64,000 bases of DNA from Vicugna vicugna. Lineage: Eukaryota. The notes beneath the pieces are model-generated. The model saw nothing but the letters and a program-made list of their open reading frames with translations, was not told the origin of the DNA and made no database searches. The stretch lies in assembly GCA_013265495.1 (NCBI GenBank), contig MU061579.1:4054327-4118326 (forward strand), in the 5' to 3' direction. Shown one piece after another: positions 38,681-52,217 of the stretch (position 1 is the stretch's first letter; the number at the start of each line of letters is the position of its first letter). The translations under genes were made by a program, and so were the position numbers.

Positions 38681-40567
38681 CAAACCTGAATTTGTTCATT
38701 GGTTAATTTCACAAATACTTATGGAGTTTCTCTTTTTATGAGAAGAATTCTAAAATCAAGGAATAGAGCAATGAAAAGAATACCAAATTGTACTATACTA
38801 TTTTTTATCAGTATTAACTTTGCAGGTGTCCAAACATTGAGTCTGATTTCACCTGTCTTTTACCTTTAAAATGAATTTTGAGATTGCCAGATCCACAGAA
38901 TTTTGACTCTTTACCCCATTGTTACAGTTGTTACCCGTGGGATTTTGTTGATTCCTCTGCCTTTACACTCTTGTTTCCTTTAATTTGCAGTTCCTATCAA
39001 CCATGATAGCCAGCTCTTGTTGATATCCTTAGGCAATATTCACTTGACACGTTTGGGCACATTTTAATTCTGTTGTCAAAAAGTCTCCAAATACAGTCAT
39101 GGAGAAATGGTAGTTCTTAATAATATCATTTTAATAAAGCACAATGATAATTTAAATACATCAATAAGAAATAGTGAGAAGTAAATATAAAAGTATTATT
39201 TCCCCCCAAAATGCTTAGTAAATGTTATTGGATACAAAAGTGATCTCACAAATACCAAGTATTCAGATAATATTTTGCTAGTGTGCTACACTAAAGTAGA
39301 TGTTGACTATTCAATATAAAAAGTCATCTGTTTCATGCAGATGGATTAAAGTATTGCCTTCATGGCAATACAGTTGTAATTTGTAATTCTCAAAATATAA
39401 ATAAAATTAAATGAGGACAGATGGGCAGATGTGAAAAAATAAACTTTTCAGGAAATTTTTTTGTGTGCATTTTTAAATGCAAGCTTGCACAAACTAAACT
39501 TCAAAATACATTTTGTAATTCTGGTTTATTTAGTATGTAGCTGAAATTGAAATGAAAAGCTAGATCATTAAAAGTAAAATAATTCTTATGTTTGTAAGTA
39601 TTTATAATATTTTAGAATCTTAAAATTTTCCAGTTATATGGACTTTAGATTTCCTGTATACATATAGTTCCCTCCTCACCCCACTAATAAAGAAATTTGA
39701 GTTACTATCTCAGATATTTTCATTGAGGTACAGGTTTTTTTCTTCTTTAATATTGGGGTCAATATTTTCTGTCTTTTTTTTCTTACTTCCATAGCTGCTA
39801 TGAACAATATCAAAAAACACTCATTTACTTTATCTACTTACTTTTAAGTCCTCTTCTTAGAAGCAATATCAAACTACAATTTACTGACAGAAAAATATTT
39901 AAGAAGAAATTATATGATGTCTTTCATAGCAATTTTAAAAAGAAACTACATCCAATGAGAATTTAGGGAAACAGGTTTTCTACATTGTAGCTGGGTGTGT
40001 GAATTGCTAAAGTATTTTGGAAAATAAGCTAGGAATTTCTACAGGAATTGAAAATACACAAAACCTTGTGAATAATCTCTTCTTTGGCATTCATTTATAT
40101 AGAAATAAAAGCATTAGGGAACAAGAATATATGGGCAATTATTCATACTTCAGGTTATGTTCATCAGTTAAAAGAGTGAGTCAGATCTGTATCTTTTGGC
40201 CTTAAGGGAAGACCCTTATGTGAAATTGTAAGTGATGGTAATGTGGAGTATATGTATAAATGATTGTATTGCTGTGGGAATAAACAATAATAATATAGTA
40301 TTTCAGTGATTCAGAGCCATGTTTTTTTTTAACTTTAGCACTATAGATATGCGTCTTATAACTGATGAGAAAACACTGTATTAAAATTTAGTTTTAAAAT
40401 TTTCTTTTTTTAGTGTTAAACTGAAAAAAAAACAGTTTTATAATCATTAAAACATCATCTTAAATCCAGTGACATGGCAATAGTAACGAACATGTATTAA
40501 ACACGCACATGCATAATTCAACATGGATAAGTTAATGTGTATGACATTCTTGCAAAAACAAATACAG

Positions 40568-40990
40568 TGTTGACTTAAAGAAAAACACGCAGCATAAAAG
40601 TTGTGAGTTTAAATTTTATTCAGTGTCTTACTGGGGACCAGTAAGACAGTCCAGGAGACAGCTCTGAGGAACTGCTACAAAGAGGTAGAGAAGGGACCAG
40701 TTTATGTATGATTTTTTTTTGCTAGGAAATACACATATTCAAGCATACATCTTGGTAAAAGCTTACTGCTAATTACAAAGAACAAATATCTCTAGTTGAT
40801 GATTTTATTGCTTTTATGTGTATAGGAAGATCTGAGGCACAGAGTGCCTCATCTTGTTTTTGTTTTGTTTTATTTTATCCTAAATTCCTCTCATAGTGCA
40901 CTGCTGGTGGGCCACTGTAATGGGTTGTGGCTTAAACCCTTGTAGAACTGGGTGATGAGTGACATTCTTTGTTCATCTTTGTTCATGATA
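40568..40990 (-). mobile_element. ERV1-class solo LTR (MER41-like, laurasiatherian)
   Basis: tgttgacttaaagaaaaa...aaagttgtgagtttaaattttattc...ggagacagctctgaggaactgct...gattttattgcttttatgtgtataggaagat; inserted in an old L1M 3'UTR. Confidence 0.7.
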
Positions 40991-41190
40991 GAGATAAAGA
41001 CAGATCAATGATTGCCAGAGGTTTTGCGTGGGGGAAGAGTTGGCTCTTAACAGAATAAAAGGATGTTTTGGGGGCGACAAAGCCATTTTGCCTTGATTAC
41101 CGCCCATGTGCATTTTTCAAGACTTGTAAAATGCTACCTTAAAAGGGATGACATTTATTGTAAGTCAATACACCTTAATTTTAAAATGCA
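40991..41190 (+). mobile_element. Ancient L1M 3' terminal fragment
   Basis: cagatcaatgattgccagagg...ttttggggg...atttattgtaagtcaatacaccttaat. Confidence 0.6.
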
Positions 41191-41275
41191 AGCCTTAAGT
41201 ATTAGGTGGAAGGTCAAGTGACATAACTACATTCTCAATGAGGATTATAATATTCATTTAAAAACAAGTTTATAA

Positions 41276-41806
41276 TGTAGGGGAGGAAAATAACTTTTCT
41301 ACTGTTTTAGATTCTTGGCTGAGATAACCCCTGTAGTAAAAAGTTGAATTAACAGGAGAATAGCAAAAGTTTAATAACAGGTATACCTCCTGTATACATG
41401 GGAGATACCCACGAAAGCTGAGTAACTTCCTAAAAGGGCCCAAACCACCCCTTTAAATAATATCTCCAGCTAGAGACAAAGGATGTTGGGGCAGGAGGGG
41501 CCATTTATGGGAGATGATCAAGCAGAGTGCAGTAAGCAAGGATAGTTATTATGCAGACTCAAGTCATTGCCTTCTTTGGTAACAGTTTCTGGAGACTTAA
41601 AATCATCATTCTCTTTCTGGTACAGAGAGGGAGGCAACCTATAAATGGAGATTTCTTTTTATCATTATAAATGTCTCTGAAAAAAAGATAGCTTCAAAAG
41701 GTTTTTAGAACTTCTCCCACATCTACTATTTCTTAAAAATGATCAGCCTAAAATAATCAGTGTGCCTAAGAGGCATGTTTGGGGTAGTGTATTTTGCTCC
41801 TCTTTG
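41276..41806 (-). mobile_element. ERV1-class solo LTR (MER34-like) with 4-bp TSD
   Basis: tgtaggggaggaaaataactttt...attaacaggagaa...aaaataatcagtgtgcctaagaggcatgtttggggtagtgtattttgctcc; ATAA on both sides (41272-41275, 41807-41810). Confidence 0.75.
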
Positions 41807-41984
41807 ATAACATGTTTGCATATGATTTGCAGTTTCTTTAAGTATAAAAAAGAATGTATGTATCTACATATAGCTCTTAATATTGATTACCTTTGAGCAG
41901 CAGGAGGTGTAGGTGTTTGTTTACTTTTTTCATTGAATGCTTATTAAGCATTTGTAGTATTTGATGATATGTTTAATTCCCCAG

Positions 41985-42090
41985 CAGAACTGTCATCTCA
42001 AGGGTGACTGGGATTTTTGTTTGCTCTGTTCACTGTGATTTCTAGAATGGTACCTGGTACATAGTATGTGCTTAATTAATCTTTCTTAAA
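41985..42090 (+). mobile_element. L2 3' end fragment
   Basis: tttgtttgctctgttcactg...ctagaatggtacctggtacatagtatgtgcttaa. Confidence 0.6.
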
Positions 42091-42564
42091 TAGAATTGCT
42101 GACTACTTACTAGATCAGTGCCTCTAGGAATATCGTCTACTTTCAGTCTCATTTTTCTTACACATAGGTTTATCTGTTAAAGTAAATATTTGGCAACTAC
42201 AAACATAACTTTATAGTTTACCTCACTTTTATTTTATCAAGTAGAGATAAATTTTAGTACTTTATATTCTATTTATTAGCAAAATATGGATAATATGTAT
42301 ATTTTAGAGATGATTTGTATATAATCCCCTGTGAAAGCTGAGGAAAATATACAGATTTTAAGATTATACTCAGTTTTATTCATGTTTTTTTTCTTCCTCT
42401 TTGCTTTTCTTTCTTCTCGTCCCTTTCTTCTTTTGTTCTTTTCTCTCTTTCTCTTTTTTTATTCAGCTTTGTTCCAAGTACAGTGCAGTTACTGGACATA
42501 CCTTACTGAACACATTAAACAAGGTCCTCACCGTTAAGGACTTTAAGATCAAATAGATTTATTC

Positions 42565-42800
42565 AGTTACCCATTCAACAAATATTGATTGAATGCCTAC
42601 CTTGTGCTAGTCATAATGCCAGATGTTAGACATCTGCTAGCTGTAAACAAGAATGAATGGCAGTGCTTTTGCCCTTTCCAGGTTTACACCTCTGTGTGGC
42701 AGGGAATAGAGCACATTGAGAGAACAAACAAAGAAACTTATTCATGTATATTTCCAAACTGTGATGAACATTAAGAAGAGGAAATGCAGGGAGCTATGAG
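42565..42800 (-). mobile_element. L2 3' fragment
   Basis: cattcaacaaatattgattgaatgcctaccttgtgctag...cagggagctatgaga. Confidence 0.65.
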
Positions 42801-42896
42801 AAATTAAATACCTAGTCATAATTTAGTTTTAACGGAGTTTACATTGTTAGTATGTATGTATGACTACTTTCACTTTTTAGCAATGAGATAAAAATT

Positions 42897-42950
42897 GTAT
42901 GTGTGTATATATGTGTGTGTATGTGTGTGTATGTGTGTATGTGTATATAT
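42897..42950. repeat. Imperfect (TG/TA)n microsatellite
   Basis: gtatgtgtgtatatatgtgtgtgtatgtgtgtgtatgtgtgtatgtgtatatat. Confidence 0.85.
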
Positions 42951-43405
42951 TCTATTTCAATGCAAAGAAAACATCCATTTAATTTTCATCCTAAAACTGT
43001 CTGGTATAGCATAATTGTGAGCACCTTAGAGCAGTTAACAAATGACCTAGAGATGATAACAATATTACATATCAGCAAGATCTGTCATGCTTTTCATTAT
43101 TATGATTGTAATATCATTTAAGGTTCCCAACAGGGTGAGATTTATTATGAGACAGATGTAGAATTCCATATTTTATCATCATAGTGTTTGTGAGGCTAAG
43201 AAAATATACACATGCCTTTTCAGAAAATGATATAAGCAAACTCTCAAAAATCATTTTGAGAATTAAAATCATACCATGTTCTAGATCACTAGATTATCAT
43301 CTAGTGACTATCATCAATTCTCTTACCTAGGTCACTAAAGTTAACTAAAGCTAAGTACTTTTTTTTCTACTTCAGTTAATCAAGTCTTGTTTTTTATCTG
43401 TTTAT

Positions 43406-43782
43406 GGTTAAAGAAAACCAGAACCAGGCAGTAGTTAAGCAGTAAAGACAGATTTTATTTAGGAACTATTGCAATAAGGGAAAAGAGACCTCAGTAAAGA
43501 ACTGAGCTCAGTCCTAAATACAGTAAGAACAGCAAGGAGTTATAGCCAAGGGAAAGTTTTGAGGAGAGGGGTCAGTGGATGGAAAATTATGGAGGAGACA
43601 TTAAAGGAAATTCTTGCTAAACTGACCTAACAGGATTTCTAGCTGAAGGCACACTAGGGTGGTCAGATATCACCTGGAGGATGAGGAATTTGTTAGCTTT
43701 TGAGAGTGATCAGATATCATGGGTAGGGAATTCTCTCTAAACCAATAAAGCAGGATTCTTTCTAAAACTGAGCCATGCAGGC
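43406..43782 (-). mobile_element. ERV1 LTR, MER31-like (partial)
   Basis: ttaaagaaaaccaga...cagattttatttaggaactattgcaataagggaaaagagacctcagta...ggggtcagtggatggaaaatta...ttcttgctaaactgacctaacagga. Confidence 0.8.
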
Positions 43783-44192
43783 TGTTAGGAAATCTCAATT
43801 TTCCTAAGTGGGAAAAAGCCAGTTCTTCTTTCCTACGTCTTTCTTTTTTGTGTATTTCTAGTACTCTCACGCTACTGCCACGCTCACTCAGAATACTTCA
43901 TTTCTGACACTTCAGGTCACCAAATGAGTGGAGGGTTTTTACCCCACAATAAGTTAAGTCTCTGCAATGCCAGTTGTGTGTCACACTTAACTCAATTCTG
44001 AAACTATCTAGAGACAATGTCAGATTGCACAGATTAAGGGCATATTCCCACAAAACTGCTCCCACCTCACTTCAGATGCCAATCACTAGTAGTAGGCTCC
44101 CAGGTTACCTACAGCTTCTATAAATTGAGGTTTCCTACAACCTCCTCCTTGGGTTTGATTAATTTGCTAGAGCAGCTCACAGAGCCCAGGGA
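43783..44192 (-). mobile_element. LTR, MER21-like (partial), abutting or nested in the MER31-like LTR
   Basis: ttctgacact; caattctgaaactatct; cacttcagatgccaatcac; ttgggtttgattaatttgctagagcagctcacaga. Confidence 0.8.
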
Positions 44193-46675
44193 TGAGAAAC
44201 ATCACATATTACATATTTACATAAAGAAAAGTTAAATAAGGCCACAATTTCCTTTTATTTTAACCCAGTATTAATTTTTCAGAGGAGGGTGTACTCTGTA
44301 ATGGGCAATATTGATTCTAGATCTTACTGTTTCTTAAGAAAGGCACTGTCAGTGAGAGAGGTTTTATAGAAAGAATACAGATTGGCAAAGATTTCAGAAA
44401 TTAGGGCTACATGGGAAAGTTTGAAAGGATTAAAATATTAACCGTACAAAACAAGAATATTTTCACTAGTTTATAATAGAATCCTATTAACTATTTTCTG
44501 ATTTAGTGTGAGAGGAAAAATGAATTACTAATATTCTGTGAACCCAAAATGCCTTCCTTATTCCTATAATAAATTCCTATAATGAAGAAACAAAGTCAGG
44601 AATATAAAGTGCTTTTATTTAATCGCCACAACCATCCTATAAACTGGTGATGGTGTCCCCACTTTGACACTGTCAAAGCAGTCAGAGTTTTATGACAGTT
44701 TTCTTTTTTATACACCCCAAATGTTGTTACTAATCTGGTTACTATGGCCTACATATGTAAATGTTAGTTACTTTGGTTTCTTTAAGAAAAAAAATGAGTC
44801 AAACTCTTGCACATTTGTTTTGTTCTTTGTGATATATGTTGTCTTGACTAAGCCTTTAAAATATTTAAATGTGATTTCTACTCCTTGTAAGTACTATCTT
44901 ATATAAGGACTTTGATGTTAAATAATAGTGATATCTCATTGTACATGCAGCAGATTTTTCTAAGTATTCTGTCCCAATGATTACTTGATTTTAAATTACT
45001 AAATTTTTAGCAGATCTCAAAGAATCCAGACAATAAGATAAAATAAAAACATTATCAATGACATCGCTGATAGAGGATATAGTTACAAATAATCCGTGCT
45101 TCTCTTAAAACTAAATTCTAATTCATGAAAAGGAGATTTATTTCTTTTATTCTAATAATGTAGGTTATATTTTTGGAAGAATCTATAGTGCCACAATATA
45201 AATTTAATATCATATGGTACCAATCTCAAACGGTATCAGTTTATGATAGAAAATGAAATTGTGTGTGTGTTGTATTTGTTTAGCTGAGAGGCATTATTTC
45301 CAAACTGTTAATCTGAATATCTTATTTATAATTCAAAGCAAAAAAGTTATAATCTCACAGATGTGAATAATTTATCAAACACTGTGTTTGGTAGCCTGGT
45401 TGCAACAGAGATGTATTTTATACAAATTGTCCTGATACCTCAGAAGTACAATTTATACAATGAAATGGAGAGTAAGACACTATTGTCTTGGAAAAGAGCT
45501 TCATAGTACAGCCATCTTGAAGTCTTGTTATGGGATTAATTAGAAATAATGAGATTTGTGTGGAAACTTTTTTATTGTGTCTCAAAAGGTTTGTAAATAA
45601 TAGAAATCTGAAGAGCTAATAAGAAATGACAAATGTATTATATTATATAGCGAAACACTAAAGAACAGGTTTTTTTCCCTCCAATTAGGTACCAGCACTG
45701 AAAGGAAAAAGGAGCTATTATCACAAATTCTCTTTCAATTACAATAATATAAAACACAACATTTTAGCTAGTTAATTGCTGTCACGTCCTAGTGTAAAGA
45801 GAAATTGTTTAACATAAACCAATGTGGTCTTTCCACAAAATAACAGCTGCAGTACTTACTGAAATACCGAGCCACTTCTTATTAACTCACTCTTATAAGT
45901 GTGATTCTTAAAGACAAAGAAGTAGTTTCATAAGTATATCAATGCCAAGATGTCATGTTTTGAAGTTTCAAATTATAGGAGATGATTGTTAAAATAATCA
46001 AAACTGAAGGAAAGTAATGCAGTCTTATTTTTATAAAAGTAAATTTCCAAATATGGATACATGCTCTTTTTAGCTTATAGGACATAAAAGCAATCCCTTT
46101 CACACACATTCTATAGTAGTCAAGCAGTTAAACCCAGAGATATAGGAAAATCTCCTCTACAGACCAGTCTCTGCTCTCCATGTACCAATTTTCTGTCACA
46201 AAGGTGATTCAGGAAAGCTAATTGTAAAACACAATTTGAAATAATAAATCTTTTTTTACTTATCCATCACCATCATAATAACAGACATAACACAGAATAG
46301 AGGGAAAAGATGCTTGAGGTAGCAGCTCCTTAAATATACGCTTGGCCACTGACATCTTTAGGATATTAAAAGGAAAACAAAAAATTAAACCATCAGAAAT
46401 AATTTGGAGAGCTGGTTTAATTAACCTAAGAAAAGATTTTTTAGGACCTCTCAGATTAATTGATATGTGAGATTATTATAAAATTCCAGCAGTATCATGG
46501 ACAGTATTTTCTCATCTTTCATCATTTTGACTTAAGCAAATGATAAAAATAAGCATCAAAAAATACTTCTTATATTTACCCAAATAATAATCTGCTTTCA
46601 TCATTATTTGATCCATCCTTAAAGTTCCTGAAAACATATTTAAGTGGGATATCTAGCCACATCATCCTGGAATGT

Positions 46676-46990
46676 TCATTTATTCCCTCATTAATACCAC
46701 ATACAATGCATACCTATAGACCATGTGTAATATTGAAACCAAGTGCAGATCAGGATTATAGCAGTACATAAGAAACATGTGCTCTTCGACTTTAGGAAGC
46801 AAACATTCTAGTGGGAAGAATCAGACATTAAACAAGGAAACTATATAAATGAGATAATCTCAGATTATGGAAGAAGTGTAAACATGATTGCTAGGTGGAA
46901 AGTGAAGGTGGGTGGGGAGAGGGGTTCTGTTGAATGCATTGCTTGGGAAACAGCTCTCTGAGGAGGCAAGAAGGAGAAATATTTTGGTCT
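46676..46990 (-). mobile_element. L2 fragment
   Basis: ttcatttattcc...acattctagtgggaagaatcagacattaaacaag...gcttgggaaacagctctctgaggagg. Confidence 0.55.
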
Positions 46991-47149
46991 GACAGCTCAG
47001 GGTGCATGTTTGTGAGATTGGAAGTTTGCATACACTGACATATGCAAGTATTATGTTCATTATGTTTTTGCAATACTAACATCTAGTCCGTTATTCAAAC
47101 ATTTGGCAGAATTTAGCTGCTAGTAGAAACAAGGTAAAGAACTGTAAGG

Positions 47150-47150
<1 letters not shown>

Positions 47151-47178
<28 letters not shown>
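47151..47178. repeat. (TG)14 microsatellite
   Basis: Perfect TG run followed by tatgtgtatgta. Confidence 0.95.
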
Positions 47179-47189
<11 letters not shown>

Positions 47190-47392
47190 AACTAGTCCTG
47201 GGGAATACAAAATACTGGTTGTTCATACTCTATGATTCCAATCAAACTAACTCTGTAAAGATGTCCAAGTTTTCCAAGTGCCTGTTCATTTAAAATTCAC
47301 ACATATGTAAAATTCTGATGAAAATGTAAGTTATGGCCTTAAAGAGACTCAGTAGAGTTGATTTGATTCACCTCATTGAATTCATGCAAGAC

Positions 47393-47587
47393 CAGGTTTT
47401 TTCTAAAACGTGGACTTCCACCTACCTGCATGGAAATACATTGGCGACTTCTTTGAAAAATGCAGGTTATGTTCTTGTGTTCTTCCAGAACTAATTTATC
47501 AGCCTTTCTGAGGATGAAACATGAAGAACTGGCTTGTTAAGAGGCTCCCCCAGTGTTTTTTATGTACGCTAAATTTGAAAACCTTTG
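47393..47587. mobile_element. hAT-Charlie MITE (MER5-like)
   Basis: caggttttttctaaaacgtgg...acctgcat...aaaaatgcag...ctcccccagtg...aaatttgaaaacctttg; ~190 bp with degenerate terminal inverted repeats. Confidence 0.6.
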
Positions 47588-47799
47588 TCTGAAGTACCAC
47601 GTGTCTGCCATTCTATTATTACCACAGGTAATTAGTGGTTTTATGTAATGATAAACAGGTCATGTGATTACCGTTTCCACTAAACATGATTAACTGAAAG
47701 TAAAATCTACAGCTCTTATGTCCTCATTGTGATTTTACTTTTAGTTTGTATTTATTTATAAACTTTATTAAAATGATAATGCTGGTTGAGTAATGATAC

Positions 47800-48116
47800 T
47801 GCTATGGTCTGAATGTTTGTGTCCCCGTAAAAGTCATATGTTGAAATCTTAACTCCCAAAGTTGATGGTATTATGAGGTGCTTAAATGATGAGGGTAGAG
47901 TGTTAATGAATGGAATTAGCACCTTATGAAAAAGACCCCACAGAAAGCCCTTGCTCTTTCCACCCTGTGAGAATATAGTAAAGAAGTCCTGGCTATGAAC
48001 CATGCTGATGCCTTGATCTTGGACTTCACAGCCTCCAGGACTGTGAGAAATAAATTTGTTGTTTATAAGCAACCCAATCTGTGGTATTTTGTTATAGCAG
48101 TCTATAGACTAAGACA
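47800..48116 (+). mobile_element. MaLR solo LTR (MLT1A/MLT1A0-like) with 5-bp TSD
   Basis: TG...CA ends: tgctatggtctgaatgtttgtgtcccc ... ccttgatcttggacttcacagcctccaggactgtgagaaataaattt ... gactaagaca. Flanks GATAC / GATAT. Confidence 0.92.
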
Positions 48117-48370
48117 GATATACTTCAGACATTCAATGTTAAAAAACAGAACAATATATACAGAAATTAACATTTAAAGTTTGTCAGTCTTCTAGTAAAA
48201 GTCCTGCTCTTCTTTCACACTGAAGACAGCTTCAGGACTTTGCACCGTACACCAGTTCCCTCTTTCCTACATTTGAGAGTTGGAGAGAGCAAACATATCC
48301 CAAATGTGATATGGGCATGCAGTACATGATTCTTGGTGAGAATTTTATGCCAATATTTAATAATTTAAGC

Positions 48371-48665
48371 CAGTGCTACTCAATGTGTGGCACACACACT
48401 GGTGCTTGTCTATGAACAGTTTGTTACTGGTTTACCAGGAGATAAGAAATTTGTGCTACAAATAGAAATCATTCAATACTCTTCATCAAGAAAGTCATGT
48501 TATGCCACCCCCATCCCTCCCCTCCCCACCAGAAAAAAGCCAGTGAAACTCACCAGTGTAGTGTATTTACTGCCAGATTTGATTTAAAGTCTGGCTCAAG
48601 CTTCCCATCTCCTTAGGGGCAAATAATAACTAGACAGGCACAGACCAGCCTCTTTAAGTAGCATG
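48371..48665. mobile_element. hAT-Charlie non-autonomous element
   Basis: Starts cagtgctactcaatgtgtgg and ends cagaccagcctctttaagtagcatg (degenerate inverted termini). Confidence 0.55.
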
Positions 48666-51321
48666 ATGGGGACAAGCACATGTGGACAGTGTTTACTGCA
48701 CTTCTTTGTCTTTGGCACATCTGTATTCATTTATACTGAATTGAAATATTCAGCTGTGGAAAATTTTTACTTTACTTTCAATGTAAAATTTCTGGAAGTT
48801 TCCAGGAAATAACTATGTTCTGTTAAATTGGTTAAACTTAAAATTATTTCTTTGCAAGTAGCTAATTTGGGTCTATAATGCTTCACTGTTAAATAATCTA
48901 TATAAATGCATAAAACAAATTTAAAAGAAAATAATGACTTTATATTAAATATAACATCATTTAATTGTTGACTTATAATTGAGAAAACAAGAGGAACATG
49001 AAGTTTAGATTTTTTTATTTCCATTGATGCTTATTAAGTTCTGTTCATACATTCATAACTGTTTTGTGTTCTTTTAAATAATAGAACAGGAAGAATAGTA
49101 TTTACCTGGTTGCTGTGGTGAAAAACAGCATAGCATTAACCTCATGATTTAAAGAGACATTAGTCAGCTTTGATAGAAAAAGTAAATTTGATGACATCTT
49201 CAGAATAGTTTGCAGGTTGACTTTTATTCTTATTGATTTCTTGAAATTGTTAGCATATAGTGTGTTATTTAAGAACTTGTTAATCACTATAAAATTTGGG
49301 TTTAAAGCCTAACTCTGCTATCCACTTGCTATTTGTTCTTAAGCAAATAATATCTCAGATTGCCTATTATTTAAAATTCTTTAAAAATAGAAGTAAAAAC
49401 ACTAGCTGATAGTGTCCTTGGGTGGATCAGAACTTAAAACAAAATTATGAATTCAAGATTTGACACATAGTAGGTTCTTTGTAAGGTATCAGTACATATA
49501 TATATAGTCAATTTGTACACATAGACAATAACACATTCCTCCAGAAACGATGCTAGTTACTGAAGTTATAGTGAAGAGGACATCATATTGGTCCTCAAGA
49601 AGTCTGAGAAGCATATAGTTTATAACTGAAATCCTGTAAATGAATGGAACTGCTAATCTTAGTGCTGTTAAAAAGAGTAGAACAATTTCATTTACTAAAG
49701 TAAAAATTCACATAGTTGGCAAGATCAGTTTATTATTGTCCTTGAAACATGTGAGTGCCATCAAGAGGAGTCATTATTGTAGAAAACAATAAACATGACT
49801 ATCAAAAGGCAAATAAATAAAGAAAAGAACTTTAGGTTTGAAGAACCAAACAGAAAATCAACCTTGAGACACCCATTGCCAAATGGCAGTATGTGACCCA
49901 GGTCCTTGGGAATTTACCCTGTCATGAGTCTAATTAATAGTTTTTATGCCAGGAGTTCTGAATGTCTTTGGAAGTCAGTTGTATGGATTATTTATATTCA
50001 TATCCATGTATGGAATTTATAATTGTGCTGTCTTTTTGGTTTTTATTCTTTTTTTTTTTTACTGAGTAATAGTCATTTTACAATGTTGTGTCAAATTCTA
50101 GTGTAGAGCACAATTTTTCAGTTATATATGAGCATATATATATTCATTGTCACATTTTTTTTTTGCTATGAGCTACCACAAGATCTTGTTTATATTTCCC
50201 TATGCTATACAGTATAATCTTGTTTATCTCTTCTGCATTTTAAAATCCCAGTCTGTTCCTTCCCCCCCCCACTGCTCAACAACCACAAGTTTGTATTCTG
50301 TGTCTATGAGTCTGTTTCTGTTTTGTACTTATGTTTTGTTTGTTTTGTTTTGTTTTGTTTTTAAATTCTTCATATGATCTCATACGGTATTTTTCTTTCT
50401 CTTTCTGGCTTACGTCACTTAGAATGACATTCTCCAGGAACATCCATGTTCCTGCAAATGGCGTTATGTTGTCGGTTTTTATGGCTGAATAGTACTCTAT
50501 CGTATAAATATACCACAGCTTCTTTACTCAGTCATCTGTTGATGGTCATCCAGGCCACTTCCATGTCCTGGCTATTGTAAATAGTGCTGCTATGAACATT
50601 GGGGTGCAGGTGTCATTTTGAAGTAGGGTTCCTTCTGGATTTATGCCCATGAGTGGGATTCCTGGGTCACATGGTAAGTCTATTCCTAGTCTTTTGAGGA
50701 ATCTCCATACTGTTTTCCACAATGGCAACACCTGCTTTTTTGGCTTTTCCATTTGCATGGAATATCCTTTTCCATCCTTTCACTCTCAATCTGTATATGT
50801 CCTTCTCCCTAAAGTGGGTCTCTTGTATGCATCATATTGAAGGTTCTTGCTTTATTATCCAGTCTGCCACTCTATGTCTTTTGACTGGAGTATTTAGTCC
50901 ATTAACATTTACAGTAATTAATGATAGATGTGTGTTTATTACCATTTTGAACTTATTTTTGCAGTTGATTTGGTATTTCCTCTTTGTTCCTTTCTTCTTC
51001 CTTTTGTGGTTTGGTAATTTTCCTTTGTATTATCATGGATTTTATTTAGTTTTTGTGACTCCCTTGTAAGTTTTTGTCTTGTGGTTACCCTTTTCTGTAA
51101 GTCTGTTAGCCCATTACTATATCTCAAACCCATCCTACCGAAAACAAAAAATTTAAAAAAGAAAGAAAAAGATACTCTATATTTTCTTGCTTCCCTCTCC
51201 CAATCTTAATGATTTAGATGTCTTCTTTTACAATTTCGTGTTTATTTTATTTATAATTCATGATTTATCACCTTTCCAGTTATGAATTTCTACTTTCTGT
51301 AGCATCCTGATGCTTTTCTAT

Positions 51322-52217
51322 TTAGAGTAGACCTTTCAGTATTTCTTTCAGCATGGGTTTAATGTTGCTAAACTCTTTTAGTTTTTGCTTGTCTGTGAAA
51401 TTCTTTCTCTCTCCTTCTATCCTAAAGGATAGCCTTGCTGGATAGAGTATCCTAGGCTGGATCTTTTTTTTCATTCAGGACTTTGAATATATCTTGCCAC
51501 TCCCTTTTGGTATGTAGTGTTCGTGTAGAGAAATCAGCTGAGAGCCTTATGGAGGTTTCCTTGTAACTCACTCTTTGTTTTTCTCTTGCTGCCTTGAGGA
51601 TCATTTCTTTACCCTTGACTGTGGCCATCTTGATTATGTCTTGGTGTGGATCTGTTTGGGTTCTTCCTGTTTGGGACCCTCTGAACCTCCTGTACTTGGA
51701 TATCTGATTCCTTGAGGTTTGGGAAGTTTTCAGTCATGATTTCTTCAAATACCTTTTCAATTCCCTTTATTCTTTCTTCCCCTTCTGGAAGCCCTGTTAT
51801 GCATTTATTGGCACATTTTATATTATCCCATAGGTCCCTTATATTGTTTTCATTGTTTTTTATTTGTTTTTCTCTCAACTGTTCTGATTGGGTGCTTTCT
51901 GTTGTCCTGTCTTCTAGGTCACTTATTCGTTCCTCTGAATTATCTAGCCTGCTTTGCACAGCCTTTAGGTCCGCTCTCATCTCAGCAAATGAGTTTACTA
52001 ATTCTACTTGGTTCTTCTTTATAGCTTCTATTTCATTTTTGACATATTTTTTATCTCTAAACACTATTTCTTTTAGTTCCTTCAATACTTTGATCACTCC
52101 TTTTTTGAAATCTTGATCTAGTAGGCCGTCAATGTCTATTTCCTTGATTGTGCTTTCAGGGGATTTCTTTTGATCTTTTAATTGGGAGTGGTTCCTCTGC
52201 TTCTTCATCTTGCTCAT
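51322..52217 (-). pseudogene. L1 ORF1; ~195 codons in frame, then frameshift
   Basis: ORF 51609-52217 MSKMKKQRNHSQLKDQ...NIRDLWDNIK...IMTENFPNLKE...TPRH; canonical TAA at 51322-51324. Confidence 0.9.

Noticed and set aside
49102..49287. Minus-strand ORF ending at a CAG|GTAAAT donor-like site
   Set aside because: No credible acceptor, no recognisable peptide, no partner exons.
50715..50740. ORF2 deletion as a spliced product or in-frame mini-ORF2
   Set aside because: The potential donor (CAG|GTGTTG) is retained rather than removed, the fusion is out of frame, and the endonuclease part already carries a TGA.
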